From Bispira polyomma (taxonomy: Eukaryota), in contig OZ287750.1 in NCBI GenBank assembly GCA_965649765.1, positions 52,142,001 to 52,206,000 of the forward strand: a stretch of 64,000 nt of DNA, given 5' to 3'. Shown here piece by piece: positions 48,201-62,409 of this stretch; position 1 is the first letter of the stretch, and each line of letters begins with the position of its first letter. A program made the position numbers and the translations under genes. The notes beneath the pieces were generated by a model. The model was not told where the DNA came from. It worked only from the letters and a program-made list of their open reading frames with translations, and did not search any database.

Positions 48201-49509
48201 TAAAATAATATTAGTCTCGATAAAATTTACATAGAGTACTAATTAGGAGCCATTTATAACGAATCTATCAGATTCCAGTGCAAAATTGATTTAACACCTG
48301 GTTCGCATGTCAAGCATTTTTACAGTGCGACAGTAACTATAAATACCAAACAAGCAGATATAGCGGGTTCCTGTTTCTGAGTCTAGATTAGTGTATCTCC
48401 AGTCACCAAGGAGATGACCTTGCCTTGTAGCAGAGAGGGGTCGTTGTTACTGCTCACTAAGTGTCTTTATAGTGTTTGTCGTGTTGGCTGAACATCCTGT
48501 ATATATTATACATGTAAATATCTATGTGCAAACTTCAGTGTGTGTGTGTTGTCGCTGCATGATGATAATTGTCTGCATTAGAATTTACAGCACACCATCT
48601 TTAGAGATGTGAGGAATCATAGATATAGCATAGTCTTTTTTAGTCAAATTATTATATTTGGGCCAGTCATGTGACCGTAGTGGTGTGTTAATTAATGCAT
48701 GGGTTAATGTCAGACAAGCCTACTACTACTAATGGTCTATCTCCTGTAACCGTTGCTGACTTGAGCTGAGAATTGAAAAATATGTAAATAAGGCCATTGT
48801 GACTGAAAGAGACTGCATGAGGACATTGAAGAACTATATGGGTGCATTGCTTGGTAAAAAAGCTTTTTATTAATGGCTGGCTCGTGCCCTTGCTTGTAAA
48901 CGTCTTGGCCTAATTTATATACATAGACGACCTTTCTGTGTACAGTTCTACACTTTATATACATTTTTTTCAGTAGTTTGTCAGAATCTAGCTTGTTAGT
49001 AGGTGTAATCTAACCTCTCTAGTTTGTTGTCATGGTGATAGAGCCTATATATATATATATATAGATCTGCTTGAGCTTCGTCTGTGTCTTGACTTCAGCC
49101 AGGGACATCTCATAATGAAGTGTTGTCCAGGGAGACAGACTTATAAATTATTTCCTAGAAACCAAAAAGGCAGCTAGCTCAAAGACCAAATTACCATGAC
49201 AACTGTGTCCCTTTAATGGTCTCTATGGCAACTACCTCTTGGTTTCTATGGCAACCAGTTCTTTGGCACATATCTGATATAGGTAGGTCTTATATGTGCA
49301 GGAAGTGTACAGTGCATTCAGAAACCAGAAAGTGTTCTGGAAACTTGGAAAATGGTATGAAATTAAAATTTACTGTTACCATTTTAAAGAGTTTGCAATC
49401 TGAGACTTGTTAATATGATGTGTACCATTCCAAGTTTTTTTTTTGCATGGTGCTGAATACATTGTACTAAATAGAAGACACTGTGATACAAACTGGTTGG
49501 TCTTCTCCC

Positions 49510-49670
49510 TGGTCATGTGACCTGTGTTAGTACTGTTGGTCATGTGACCAGTGTTTACATTGCTGGTCATTTACGTGACTTGTGCTTGTACTGCTGGTCA
49601 TGTGACCTGTGTTAGTACTGCTAGTCATGTGACTTGTTTTGTACTGGTCATGTGACTTGTGTTTGTACTC
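49510..49670. repeat. About 27-bp minisatellite in the putative 3' UTR
   Basis: ggtcatgtgacctgtgttagtactgct x about 6. Confidence 0.85.
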
Positions 49671-51444
49671 AATTGACCTCACTGAATGACCTCAGAGTTC
49701 GCACCCTCGGTAAAGGATACTGGTTCTGTGGAGAATATTTTAATGGAAAACAATGCTTTAACAGTATCAATCACTGATTATTTCTCATTTCAGAATGTTA
49801 TTAACCTTTATATAGTCCTTCTAAATTACAGAAATGGGTATATGGAATTGAACATTATTAACAACATTCAGTGACGTGTGTTGTGTCCAAATGTGCTTTG
49901 TTTGCTTTGCTTGTATTGTAAAATAGAGTACTCGGGTGTTGACAGTTTAGTACTGATGTACTCTGTACGTAAAGAGTACTTACGTTGGTACTTTGTACTT
50001 TGTACATGTGATGTACTTGGTTGGAAACTTTGTAGTGTACTGTGGTGAGTATAGTTTGTGTGTTGTTGCCTGTATGTGGTCAAAATATTCTAGAGACAAT
50101 GTCTGTGTTGTCACTCCTGTCTTTCTGTAGTCATATAGTCACTCTTCTCCAACTACTGCTGGTAAACTGACTGCCTGAATGACTTGTACAATCAAATAGC
50201 CTCTGCCTGTTATAGTCTGTGCTGCTCATATACATGCCTGATCGGAATGATTCGTAGAAAACAAATCCTATAGCTTCCATGTACTGCTGATAATCTCATT
50301 GCCTGAAAGACTCTTAGAATCGTGTAGATAAATATAAATACATGAATGTTAATTATATGCAGAGCACGTACTAAGTGCAAATTGATTGGCTTTTGATATA
50401 TGCTTCTTGTAAATATAGAGGTGATTGTTGAACAGCCTTCATTGTCATATTAAAACTCCCTCTCCTGTGTAAATTACCTCTGTAGATGTGCAGTAGGGTA
50501 AGGAGGATGTGTGTTCACCAAACCCAGTTATGTCATCCAACCCTTGTTTTTCTAAATGAAAAGGTTATCATTTAAATTTGTGGTACCACCTTAGAACACT
50601 ATATATAGACATCCACAGAATTCTGGTACCATTTTAGTACAACCAGAAATCAAGTTGGCTGTTCTGCAGATGATTTTACTATTGGGTTGAAGCTGCTTGC
50701 TCATGACAGTTTTATCTGGACAGTTGTTACCTGATCAGTAAAAAAACGCAAAACGTTGGTCAATGATTGGAGAATGGACAACCTTATAATCACTTAATGC
50801 ACCCAACTAATTAATGAAATTTGATTGGCTCTAGATGATGTGGTAACTTCAAACAAGTACATTTACATTGTATTTACAGATATGCTTCACAGCATAGAAA
50901 TAGTAGCACAAAAATAAATATGTAAACCTTTCAAATGAGTATGGAGTGGGAAAGACATGGATTGGTGCTAAATATATGTATAAGACATGGGTATCATAAT
51001 ATCATTGAACATTACATAGTTTTAGCACAATATCAGTCAATGTCCAAAGTTTTACATACAATAGAGAGATGTCTTAAAGATAATTTAAATACATTTCTAG
51101 ACTTCATTATTTTTCTGTTTCCAACAATAAATATCCATGGTTAATTATTTTTCTGTTTCCGATAATAAATTTCAATGGTTAATTAATGAAATAACACAAC
51201 AGATGGTATTTTGAACTGAACAGTATTATGAAAGTCTAACGTACATCTATTGATCCCTCCTGAAATAAACAAATTGATCTAATGACTATCATAAATGTAT
51301 TACTACACACAACACAAGATATTTTCTTGGAAATACCACAGTTTCAATTTTAAAGTTAAACCACATTCTCATAAAAGTCCATCCCCTATAATTTGTCTAA
51401 AGCTTGACTTCTAGTCCATTATGAGGCTTTATAAAGACTGTTTA

Positions 51445-51680
51445 GAGCTGTGGTGGCCTAGTGGTTAGAAGCGCCTGATTCACCATCACTGGTCTCTCAC
51501 CAATGTGAGGGTCAAATCTTACTTCATTACTTCATGTAGTAGATTTTGTCAGGTACTTATACTGCAGGTTAGTGATTTACAGTACTTCAGCACTGGTTTC
51601 TTCCACCGTTTGAATCTGACCCGTCGCGATATGTCCTAAGCTGTTGAAACAAAGTAAAAAAAACTCCAATAAATTAAATT
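51445..51680 (+). mobile_element. tRNA-derived SINE related to 24188-24403
   Basis: tggcctagtggttag head; tttgtcaggtact; cctaagctgttgaaa tail. Confidence 0.75.
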
Positions 51681-52390
51681 ATAAAGACAGAGTTTTAGGG
51701 TTATATATGTACATACACTATATCTCCATTCTGCTGTTGTTCATTTAGTTGTTCTGGGTTTAGTGAGCACATGTCCCCCACACACCCCTCTACATGCACA
51801 TAGAAATCCATACCTCTTCCTGTACAAGACAATAACACAGGGAGAGCAAAGCTTTGTTATTAAGGTCTCCTGGTATCACTTCTCTTTGGTCCCTGCATTT
51901 CGGGTGGGCAGTTCACACACAGATTAATCAGCTGACCAGGGCAGTCATGTGACCTCCGCAGTAATGAAGAAAAGGGGACAAAAAAGCAAGGAGAAGTACT
52001 CGGGGGTGCCGTTCATCGTCTTGTGTTTTGTTTTGTGATCATGTGACTTTTCTGTGTGTCCGGTGCTGTAAGTGAAAAAGGAAAACGCCACAAGTCTTTC
52101 TGTATTAAAAGTGCTTCTTATGTGTTTGTGTGTGTCTTCAAGTTGAAACTTTAGGGAAAGAACAATATATATATCTACACATCTACAAATATATCTATCT
52201 GTATCTACGTATACATACATCATTATTATATTATAATACTATGTTGTTAATGTAATATTTTTAGCGTTTAATGAACTTTTGTTGTGTTTTTTTTTGGTGT
52301 GTAAAATTTTTAACACTTCATCTCACTTTTACTTATGGATTTTATATGTAAATATTTAAGTCCTGTAAGCATTATATATCATATTGCCAT

Positions 52391-52396
52391 AATAAA
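52391..52396 (+). promoter_or_regulatory. Candidate distal polyadenylation signal AATAAA
   Basis: Preceded by TGTA/U-rich elements and followed by a GU/U-rich tract; repeat density rises right after it. Confidence 0.4.
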
Positions 52397-52529
52397 ATTC
52401 TTGGTGCTTAAGTTTACTCTGAGTTTTGAATTTTTGTCGCTCTTTCTCCTCCATCAGTATTACACACATTACGGTAAACTCTTTAACTTCACTACAAGGC
52501 CTACATTGAAGTGAATATGACATTTGTTA

Positions 52530-52836
52530 TGGCGCCCTTATACAACACAGGGTCATTTGAAATGCGCTTCCTCATGGGCAGCCACTATGGGCACCAACGC
52601 TTGTTTGAGGATGACCATTTATCAATGTCGCCAAGGATCTTTAATCTGCCACTGGAGATAGTACTCAGTCACAGAGGACCGCCATTTTAAATGGTTATCC
52701 GAGCCACCAGGCAAACTTATGTTCACATCTTGCCTAAGGATGTTATTCCACCAAATGATACTAGTGGTCAGAACCAGGAATAGACCCGGGAACCTTCTGA
52801 TAATCAGATCAACACCCTAACCACTAGACCACGGGG
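52530..52836 (-). mobile_element. tRNA-derived SINE family C, uninterrupted copy (fragment also at about 1190-1290)
   Basis: Minus strand starts CCCCGTGGTCTAGTGGTTAGGG; body matches 30230-30802. Confidence 0.8.
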
Positions 52837-53251
52837 ATGTATTCCACCGATTGTCCATGTAGGAATATATCTTATCATCAGATGCTATCTCCTAGTTTTG
52901 CCTAGCTGAATTTTAACAATGACTTGTATATATTCCGATACCAAATGCCTGAAAGAATTTCATTTCCTGCAGAAAATAAAGCTAAATTGCCAAACCACAA
53001 AATAAAGGTAATTATTAAGTCAGACCCTAATCCTCTACCTCATAATTCTTTGCAGCTCCTGGATCACTCTTCCATGTTAGTCTATTAAATGGTATTATAA
53101 AGTGAAACCTCTGTTATCCCATATTTTTGGTGAGAGTGGTAATGTGTTTGTATAATAGAATGTTTGTGAAAATAGAAGAAACATTATTGTATAAAAGAAC
53201 AGGAAAATATAAATTGGGGAGAGGAAAGTTCAGTTTATATATCACATAGTT

Positions 53252-53450
53252 GGATAATAGAAGTTGTGGTGTAATAAGTAATATTAGTAGTTTGTTCAGA
53301 TAATAGAAGTTGTAGTGTAATGAGTGATATTAGTAATTTGTTCGGATAATAGAAGTTGTAGTGTAATAAGTAATATTAGTAATTTGTTCGGATAATTAAA
53401 GTTGTAGTCTAATGAGTAATATTAGTAATTTGTTCAGATAATAGAAGTTT
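53252..53450. repeat. 46-bp tandem repeat x about 4 containing a MITE right end
   Basis: ggataatagaagttgtagtgtaataagtaatattagtaatttgttc. Confidence 0.85.
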
Positions 53451-55479
53451 AATTGAGTGATGTTCTTAGTTTGTTTGTTCTCTGTGACAGCTGTGTTTGT
53501 TCCCCTGTTCAGAACTTTCTTCTTGCTCTTAATTTTAGAATGTTCATAGATCAACATTAGATAGACGGGCTATCTGAAATGCATACATGACGTGTGTAAT
53601 TTTAAGTCAGCTGTCGATACATATGCGTCTGCGTACGTATCAACATTTTTTCTCCAAAACTACAAAACTGGTACTACAGACTTCCTGATAAATTTTGCGA
53701 GCATATGCCTTTACCACATATTTATTAAATCGTTTATGGCATTTTGCTCAGATTTTTAGTTTTGGATTTTTCAAAATTATTTTGTATCGTATCTCAAAGA
53801 GTATTATTTGAAATGCCACCAAACTTTCTATTTTGGGCCCAAAAGTGTAATTTTTTTTTATGGTTTTGCTTTATATCTTGTTACCCATTGACTTTTGATA
53901 CTTGACATGTATTGTGAGCCTATATTAAACAAGGCTCAGGAGATCAAATATACTGTTAAGCTGTGACCCTCGACCTTGTGTTTAAGGTCAAACTGGGGTC
54001 ATAAAGGTTCATTTCAAGTATTTTGTGTCCTATCTAAAAACTATAACTGAGAATATTACTAAACTTTTGGGTTTATCTTCCTTACTGATAAGGTTTAAAG
54101 CCATATGGAGCTGTTTCAATGTGACTTTTCTGGCCCCAGATGGTTATCATGTTTCTGTTTTATATCTCCTTAATTATTGGGTTTAGAGAATTGAATGTAT
54201 TTTGAGTGTATAGGAAACCATCATTAGGCAATCAAATATTCTGGTCAAATTTGACCTACATGTTTGACCTAATGTTAGGTTCAAGTTTAAAATGGGGTCT
54301 TGAAGGTCATTGATGAGATGAAAACTAAAAATATACCCGTTCGGCAATCAGATCTTGTTATTATTCTTGTTGAAAAATAAAAACAGAAAGGCAGTTTATA
54401 TTAAAAGGCAAAGAACCAGAATGCGAATACTTTGCCAAAAATAGAAATGTATTCGAATACGAATGCTTCAAAAAATGTATTCGAATGCATTCGAATACGA
54501 ATGCAGAATATGAATACCCAATGCCTGCAAAGAACCATGCATAATTTGATTAATTGTTCATTATTATAGTCATGAAAAATTTTACTGGTAATCTTGTAAT
54601 AATCCCAGTTCCCCCTAAAACAAATCAATAAAAAGGTTTGCCTTAAACAATCCAGTTAAAGGGCTGCTGAAAAATATTTAGGCATCTGTGGTGAAACTGC
54701 AGAAGTTTGTGGATTTTTTTCTGCACTCGATTTATAGTATTAAATGGACATAGTCTAATGACCTTTCGAATGGGTTGTGGTAATTAATAAATAATCAGGG
54801 TGCTGCAAGAAAGTTTTGCCTGAAAAAAACCACACATAACTAAAATAGACAAAGTTCTAGCAAGTAACTATGTATACTTTGAAAGTCATTTTGGGCTAAT
54901 TTTAAAAAATCAAATATTTTAAAAGGCATTTGGGGCTTATTTAAAAAAGTCAAGATGGTTACCATACACTTTAATTAACCTACACACCATCATTATATCT
55001 GCCATCTGCAGTTGGTTTTTGGTGGTTTTGGTTTTTGACACTTTCTGGCCTATCCCCATCCCTTTTGTGGACCATCAGCGCCTTCCATTAATTTTGCATT
55101 AGATACAAATATTTCTCTCATTATACCAGCACAACTTTCTTACTAACTAGTAATATATCAATTCTACCTAATGGGTAATCTCTTAGATTAAAGGGCCTTG
55201 GTGATGTACAGATAAAACTCTTGCCTCTCACTCTTGCAATGCAGCTTTCAATCTCTTCCCCGGGATGTATATGAAAAAGTTTGCAGTTATTACTTCAGAC
55301 TTTAAGGCAGCATGGGGTGCCACTATTGCTTAATTTGGACACTAACGGTGAAGTCTATTGAAGATATGTACTAAAATACATCAATCATAAGCCAGTATAT
55401 TATTTTATTGTATTTGTTTAATTTTTTTAACATGGCTTATTTAGGAAACTGGGGGGGGGGGGGGGGGGTAGTCGAGTTT

Positions 55480-55860
55480 GAAGCAATAGGTTTTATGCTT
55501 TTTCCTAAAGCTAGACAGTGTTTCAACTGATCTAAGCTCAACAGGGAGACTATTCCATAACATAGGATCATAATTTACTCCTAAAGTAATATACAATGTA
55601 TTGAAACTTGCTCCTTAAGTAATATAAAATGTATTGAAACTTACTATTTGGTCAGGCAAGTTATTCCACAAAGGTGATCCATCAAGGCAAAAAGAACTGT
55701 CAAACTCAAGCTTAGAAGAATGTATGTTGCTTTTAAAGATGGGGACCTGCAGATATTAAATGTTTGGATCTGGAAATGTCTGGTATTTGCCAATCTTTTG
55801 TAGTTACACAAAAGAGGCTCAGAATACATCGACATGCCAGAATGCACAAACGTATGAACA
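55480..55860 (-). mobile_element. Degraded CR1/L2 LINE 3' end
   Basis: Minus strand reads LWNSLPVELRSVETLSSFRKKHKTY. Confidence 0.6.
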
Positions 55861-57164
55861 ACAGCTGCACTGCGGTGTCTGTTTGCAAGCCAATGTAGAG
55901 ATTTCGAAATTGAGGTAATATGAGAAAACTTGCAAAAGCTGACAGCTTGCAGTTTAGAACACCATGACCAACTGTTTAGATTATAGACAAGTTGGCTAGA
56001 TGCATAATTGCTAGATTATAGACAAGTTGGCTAGATGCATAATTGAAATGTGAAATAAAAGGCCAGATTATATAAGTAGTTTGAGAGTTTGACTAGAATA
56101 CAATCCATCCCTGATGTTTACTGATCATGGATTCCTGCTGGATTCTTGGCCAGTGATGTAGTTTTAGGCAGATTATTTGATTCCATATTTTGTCATTTAT
56201 ATTTCCAGCTGTCTATCAATGTCACTCACCTTGACATAAGGAAGGCTCCCATTCCTAAACCTTTAATAAGCTCAGCTTAAGCTCGGCAAAATTAGAACCT
56301 CTATTTTCAAAACTTTTATGAATATACTTTCACTTTCCCAAAAAGGTGTACAGTCCTGCAATGCTTGTAAATACACCGTAAAATCAAAATGCAATAGAAT
56401 AAATTCAAGCTGTTGTATAGAAAGAGTGGTGTATTTGATAACAAAGAAGATATTTAAGTGCATGTAAAAGTATTACAAAGCAAAGTGGAGAGTGTTGGTT
56501 TCTTTAGACAACCTTATTCTATTAAAAGCTAGATTACATTTGGCATTTACAGCATTACCACATGTTTAACAACAAGACATTCAAAGGCAAAAAAAAAATT
56601 ATACACTATGCGAGTTTATTGTAAAAAAATGTGAATACTGTTAAATTTTGCACAAAGGCATTTCTCAACAACTGCCAAAACCATAAAAAGTTGGGTTGCT
56701 TTTAAGGCAAGAAATTCGTGTAAAACATCTTAATTAGACATGACATTTGCCTCACACTTTTTTATTTAAAAAATTATGCACATGGCATTGTAAGGTCGAT
56801 TTCGGTTTAAAGTTTCTTTTAACACATTATATAGGTCCTAAAAAGGAAACCAGTTGGTCAAAATTCTACACTGTAAACTATTGCAAGCAACTGACAACTT
56901 TCCCGCTTAAAGCCCTGGCCAAGATTTGAACCGGGGCCTTAAAGGGATACTTTGCAACTTTGGTTTGTTTGATCACCGTTTTATTATTTTTGTATTTATT
57001 ACTTCAAGGGCAGGATAACGTAAATAAAGAGCTTAATACCCTAAAGTGAAAGATGTATCAGAAGGCATAAAATATAAGCCAGTGCGAGAAATAGGTCACC
57101 ATTGTGTCCCAAGAAAAACAACTGAGACGATTGCAAAAAATTATAAAGGCTAGAGCATTATGAA

Positions 57165-57530
57165 AAAGAGGTGTCTTTAGTTTATTCCTAATGGACTGCA
57201 ATGTACTGACTGTTCTTATCTGACAGGGCAGGTTATTCTACAAAACCTGAGGTTTTTATTGTTTGAATCCCCACGTCTAGTATTTGCATTAGTAATTGCA
57301 AAAAAGGCTTAAAATACTTGGCATACCAAAGTGCAGAACCTTACGCACAACAGTAAGAATACCAAAAGCACTGCAGTGTTTGATTTGAAGACCAGGGTGG
57401 AGATATTTGAAAATTGGGGTGATTTGAAAAAGCTTGTTGGTGACTTGCAGGTGAGAAAACCTTGGCCAACTTCACTGTACTGTCTTCCTCCACCAATATA
57501 TAAATAGCCTGCGGCGATATAATACACAGT
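57165..57530 (-). mobile_element. Degraded L2-like LINE 3' end
   Basis: Minus strand reads ITPIFKYLH ... NNLPCQIRTVSTLQSIRNKLKTPLF. Confidence 0.55.
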
Positions 57531-60500
57531 TGTTCTATAGTTGTTGGGACAGTCATGAGATTTCAGTGAGACAAAGATAGAACAAATGACGAAATACGTC
57601 TCCTGCTTGTTACATACCGCCTATGTCGCCTATTTTAATTGGTTTGACAACTATATAAGATAATGAAAAGACAGCAAAGCAACAAGGTGGTGACTTCAAA
57701 AACGAAACACAGATGAGACAATAGGTGATTGTCTTCTCATTGTCTCCTCAAAGTTTTATCGGTGCAGTAAATTTGAACATGTTTAAATTCACCGCTACGA
57801 CAATCGAGCGGAGGCAATTACTATGGATAAGAAAGAGACAACCGAAAGACACCATAAGGAATTGTTGAAACATCAAGGAGACAATTGGGGAGTATCTTTT
57901 GTGATAATACAAACTTTCATGTCTTCACTTGTCGACAAGTCAATTCGCCTATGTGGAAAGGGGCCTATAGACCTCTGTACAAAGTTACAATAATTGAACC
58001 TGCAACTGACTATAATGTATTAACTAACTATTAGATTAATTTTTGTAACTGAATTTGGTAGTTTTGAAAGCACTATGGTGTGTGATTGGAAGCCAATGTA
58101 GACATCACAGATGTTCCTGTTAGTTTGCTTCCAATACACTTAAAGATTTGGTATTAACCCTTAGTCCTCCCCAGGCGAGTAGGTTAAGGTGGTGGTGTCG
58201 GAGGGAGGGGGGGGGGTTATTACCCCTTTAAGGGTCTCTATTTCCACTGGGCATAAGGTGGATATATATTACCCCCAGGCTGTCTACTCCAAGTCTCTTC
58301 ACACCCCAACTCTCATTTACTGATTTGGCAAGATTAGATTAGGTCTGAAGGACAACATTGTAGTTAGCACGTGACCCACCCAACTCATCTTGTGGTAAAT
58401 TGGATCCTCCAGCCAATGACTAGCTCCTCTTGGAATACCGGTATGTGAGTGGGGGACTTAACTCTTGTAACAGATATTTACCCAGCAGTGTCACATCAGT
58501 TATATATAGAAATGTATTTTTTCTGCAAGGTCGAACTGCCAAATTCCAGAGTGCTTTTAATCCTTTACTAGTTAATTTTACTGATGACAATTAACTAATA
58601 GTGTCAATGTAATTAACAAGTGGCAAGTGCAGAAATATTTACCGAAGAGAGAACTTCAACTTGAAATGTTTTCATTTTTCTGTAGTTTCTAGGCGGTCTG
58701 ACTACTAAGATAAAATATGAATTGATTTCATGTTTGCCAGTGAAGGATGATGGCAGAGCTTGGTCCAATCTTGTATAATTAGGTAATTTACTGAATCCTG
58801 GGGTTTAAAAAAAAAGGTCCTGAGTAAATGACGTAGATATCAAAGTCCCCATGCCAGGCTGTAGATCCACAGAACACTTCAGTGTCCCAGTTGTCTGATG
58901 ACACAGATCCACCCTAAAGGTATCAGCTTTCTAGCTTTCTATTTTTGCCACTAGGGCTCTTCCGGTGGGGGTGGGGTGGAGGGGGGTGGGTCTTGTTAGC
59001 ATTGACTAAGGCTCCTGTTTTCTCTATAATAGTGCAAGTTTGTGAATTGCCTGCTCTTACAATTCTTGCATTCGTCACACATACTTTCCTCCGTGTGCAA
59101 TATGACCAAAACTGAACATGACTAAACACATTAGTTATTTAGCAATGAAGGGCCATTTTAAACATGCAAAATATGTGCTGGGTGAGCGAAGATAATCGCA
59201 AGGCCAACTTGAAAGTGGGAGGCAGCCATAAGGTATAATAATATCATCCTCTTCCTTAACATGGGGGAGATATAATCTCCCTAAAAAGGAAATGCAATTA
59301 CCTGGCACAGCCATGGTAGGTGCTAAAAGCCCTCATAATGTTTGGCTCTCCACCTACAGATTAATAATTTAAAGGGCTTCTAGTTTAAAAAGTGGGTTTC
59401 AGATGGCTAGGTGATGCTCCTTGATAATGTAAATAGGTGTTTGCTGAAAGGCTACATTGATAGTGCTTAGGGCCTAAGCTGTGATTTGGTAGCTCTCTAT
59501 CGATTTAAAACACATTAAAATTGTGGAATAACTTGAATTAAATTGAAATCTGTCAAAAGTACTTTTATATAAGAAATACAGGCTCTTTAGATATGTCTGC
59601 TCGTCAGCTGCTATAAACTGGGGCCATGTTCACAAAGAATGCAATTCTTAGTATACAAATCTTGGAATTTTCTTAATTGGAGCCCTGGGCAAGGTTAGGT
59701 CCTCCTAGGAACATGAGAAAGAGTTTTGGGAATCATTAAAACTCCAACATACACAACCATCCAGCACTGCAGGTGGGGAATCTCCCCCCTCAAAAACTAA
59801 TGGGACAAGTCAAGTTGTGATGTTCCAAGAATGATAGCCATGAAATTAGCCAATTAGAGCAGCATAGAAATAGCAAAAATAGACCTAAATCTCTGGTGGG
59901 GGTGATTTTCCTCTGCGTTATTTGTACACTGGGATTAATGCCGTTAATATTTCGGAAATGAAGTATTAGATGCAGCTCCAATGAAATCCAGGATTTCCTT
60001 AAACTAAATCTCCAGTGAGAAGCCAGTGAAACAGCAATAATTACAGCAGTGCGCTTTTATTTATTTGATGGTGTAAACAACCTTTACTTCTAAAGCAGAG
60101 ACAATATGGACATTGTTCAATTCATCATTTGTTATTGGGTGTGATACCAGGACTCTGAACTGCAAAAACGAAACTGAGTTACCTGAGCAAACTTTGAAAG
60201 GGCACACATGTTCCATAGTGTAGGGCCATCATAAAAAAAGATTGTTGTTTCAAAGTAAAATTTTGATTTGTGTACTTGTCTGATACAGGTTGTAGGTACC
60301 TTTAAATAACATGTGACAGCATTGCCAATCCTGATGTAAGTCTCGTGTGGAACTAATCCTGGTAGAAGGATTTATCATGGCATTTTGTTTTTACTTTTCT
60401 TTTGCACTATAGTTGAGGTTTGTGCTTCACAACTTAACCTTAAGCCTAACCCCCCCCCCTCCCCACCACCTCCCCCCCCCCAAAAAAAAACTGCCCATTG

Positions 60501-61695
60501 ACCAAGCCTATTCGTCACAAACCCACCTAGTATCCTGGATCTTTCCTCACTTCAACCATCATCCCCAATTCTCCCCCTCTGATTGACTACTCTTTCACAC
60601 TCTTCTCACACCCTTCCAAATCGACACTACTCCATTCCCAAAGGACCCCCCTTAAGCAATGTCATACCATCTTATTGTATCATATCTTCCAAGGTATCGC
60701 AGAAAGAATACATATTGCAGATATTGGGTTGAAAGCCATTTTTATAGTTGCCATTTTTATTCGACAATATAATTTGCCACACACAACCTCAAATTGCATT
60801 TAAAATTGATTGCATTAGCTTATTTGGCTTATTAAGAATTTATTACATTGGCTTATTATGCTTATTACGAATTTATTACATCGGCTTATTTGTGAGCATA
60901 AAACATAGAGGGAGATATAAATAAAACATCGTTAAAATGAAAGGAAACATGGTCGGGAATGTGGAAACTTACAGGAATATATCAAAGCTTTTGGCTGTTG
61001 GTTCCCTCGTGTCATTTCAGTAATTTTGGTTAAGGCAAATAAAAGGTACATAGTCTGAAATATATAGATATTTAATTTATCACATTACTGTATTTTAATA
61101 ACGTTAATACCCCATTATTATATTTTACTTCACCTCACTAACGCACCCCAAGTCAACACCCAGACAAACCTAATATACAATTTTTAGCCAAGCACTAGAT
61201 TTTTTGAGATTTTAGTATTATTATTATTATTATTATAACATTTATATAACGCCTTATCTGGGTAGCACAAGGTGCCTAAAATATGTCATACCAAAGAAAA
61301 TAAACATTAAAAAATAAAAAGTTATGGATAAGGCATTTTTTGAAAGCTTAGTTTTTATTACTTGTTTTGAAAAACCCAAGACTATTGGTATTCTTTATGC
61401 AATCAGAAAGTTTATTCAACATAAATAGTCCATAATTTTTAAAATCCTGTGTATGCTCATATGGACTATGGCCAAGTATTCAATCAGAAGATGTTATCAA
61501 TAATCATACTTACGAGAGTTTCAATTTTTTTTCCTAAACTAATACAATAAGGTTTGCCATCTGCGTGTGACCACCAAGACTATTAGACACGAACAATGTT
61601 TCTGACAGGATTATCATCAAGAGATTTACATGTACTACATCTGATCAAAAGATATTGTAAATAGTATCACAGAGTATAGTCACATAGATTGCTTA

Positions 61696-62241
61696 TGTCC
61701 TGGTCACACCTATACGTTCTAGAGCTACGTTTCTGTCAGGTTGTGTGAATTTTGGAAATATTTTAAAACGTAGTAGGAAGTGAGGATGTGTTCTGGTGTG
61801 TTCGTTTCATGACGTTGATTAACGGATGGTATTGTTCCAGAAATGTCTCCATTTCGTCTTCTGCGTGTAGCGTTTCAAACTGTTTCAAACACTAGCTCCC
61901 GTTTCTCTGTTCATCCCCGAACATTTCCGAAAGTAGTATAGACGTATCAGTAAGTAGCTCTACTTAGTAGTAGGTAGTGAGGAAGTAGCAGAACAAAGCA
62001 GAATGCACCAGTACGTAGAAGTCCGTAGCTGTACATAGTAGTAGGTAGTGATATCCTACCAGTAAAGGGTCAGTTTTTTGCCCCCTCTTCGTGTGTACAA
62101 GTACCAACATCGTCACAAAACGTCACAATCGACTACCCTTTTATGTAAAAGACGTCACTTTGATACAATACTACCACGTTTTTAGTGTATATTGCTTAGG
62201 TACGTTGGGGAACGTTAACATGTGTAGGTATGACCAGGCCA
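61696..62241. mobile_element. PIF/Harbinger-type MITE with TTA TSD
   Basis: TTA|TGTCCTGGTCACACCTATAC ... GTGTAGGTATGACCAGGCCA|TTA. Confidence 0.75.
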
Positions 62242-62409
62242 TTACGGGCATGAATGGTTATATGTTCACACAACCCTTTTTTATGACAACTCTTGCTAAA
62301 CTTCCCGAAAATTTTTTTTTGTGTTTTTTAGGTGCAGATGTGGGTGAAGCTATGCATATATTTGCGAAATGTATGAATAAAAAGTACAAATATAACTGGC
62401 AAATGTACT

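Noticed and set aside
59296-59325. TTACCTGGCA resembling the U1 snRNA 5' end
   Set aside because: Similarity stops after about 10 nt; no U1 stem-loops or Sm site.
3846-60481. Poly-G / poly-C runs (3846, 22818, 42073, 55450, 58200, 60450)
   Set aside because: Simple homopolymer-like tracts scattered without pattern; no support for function.
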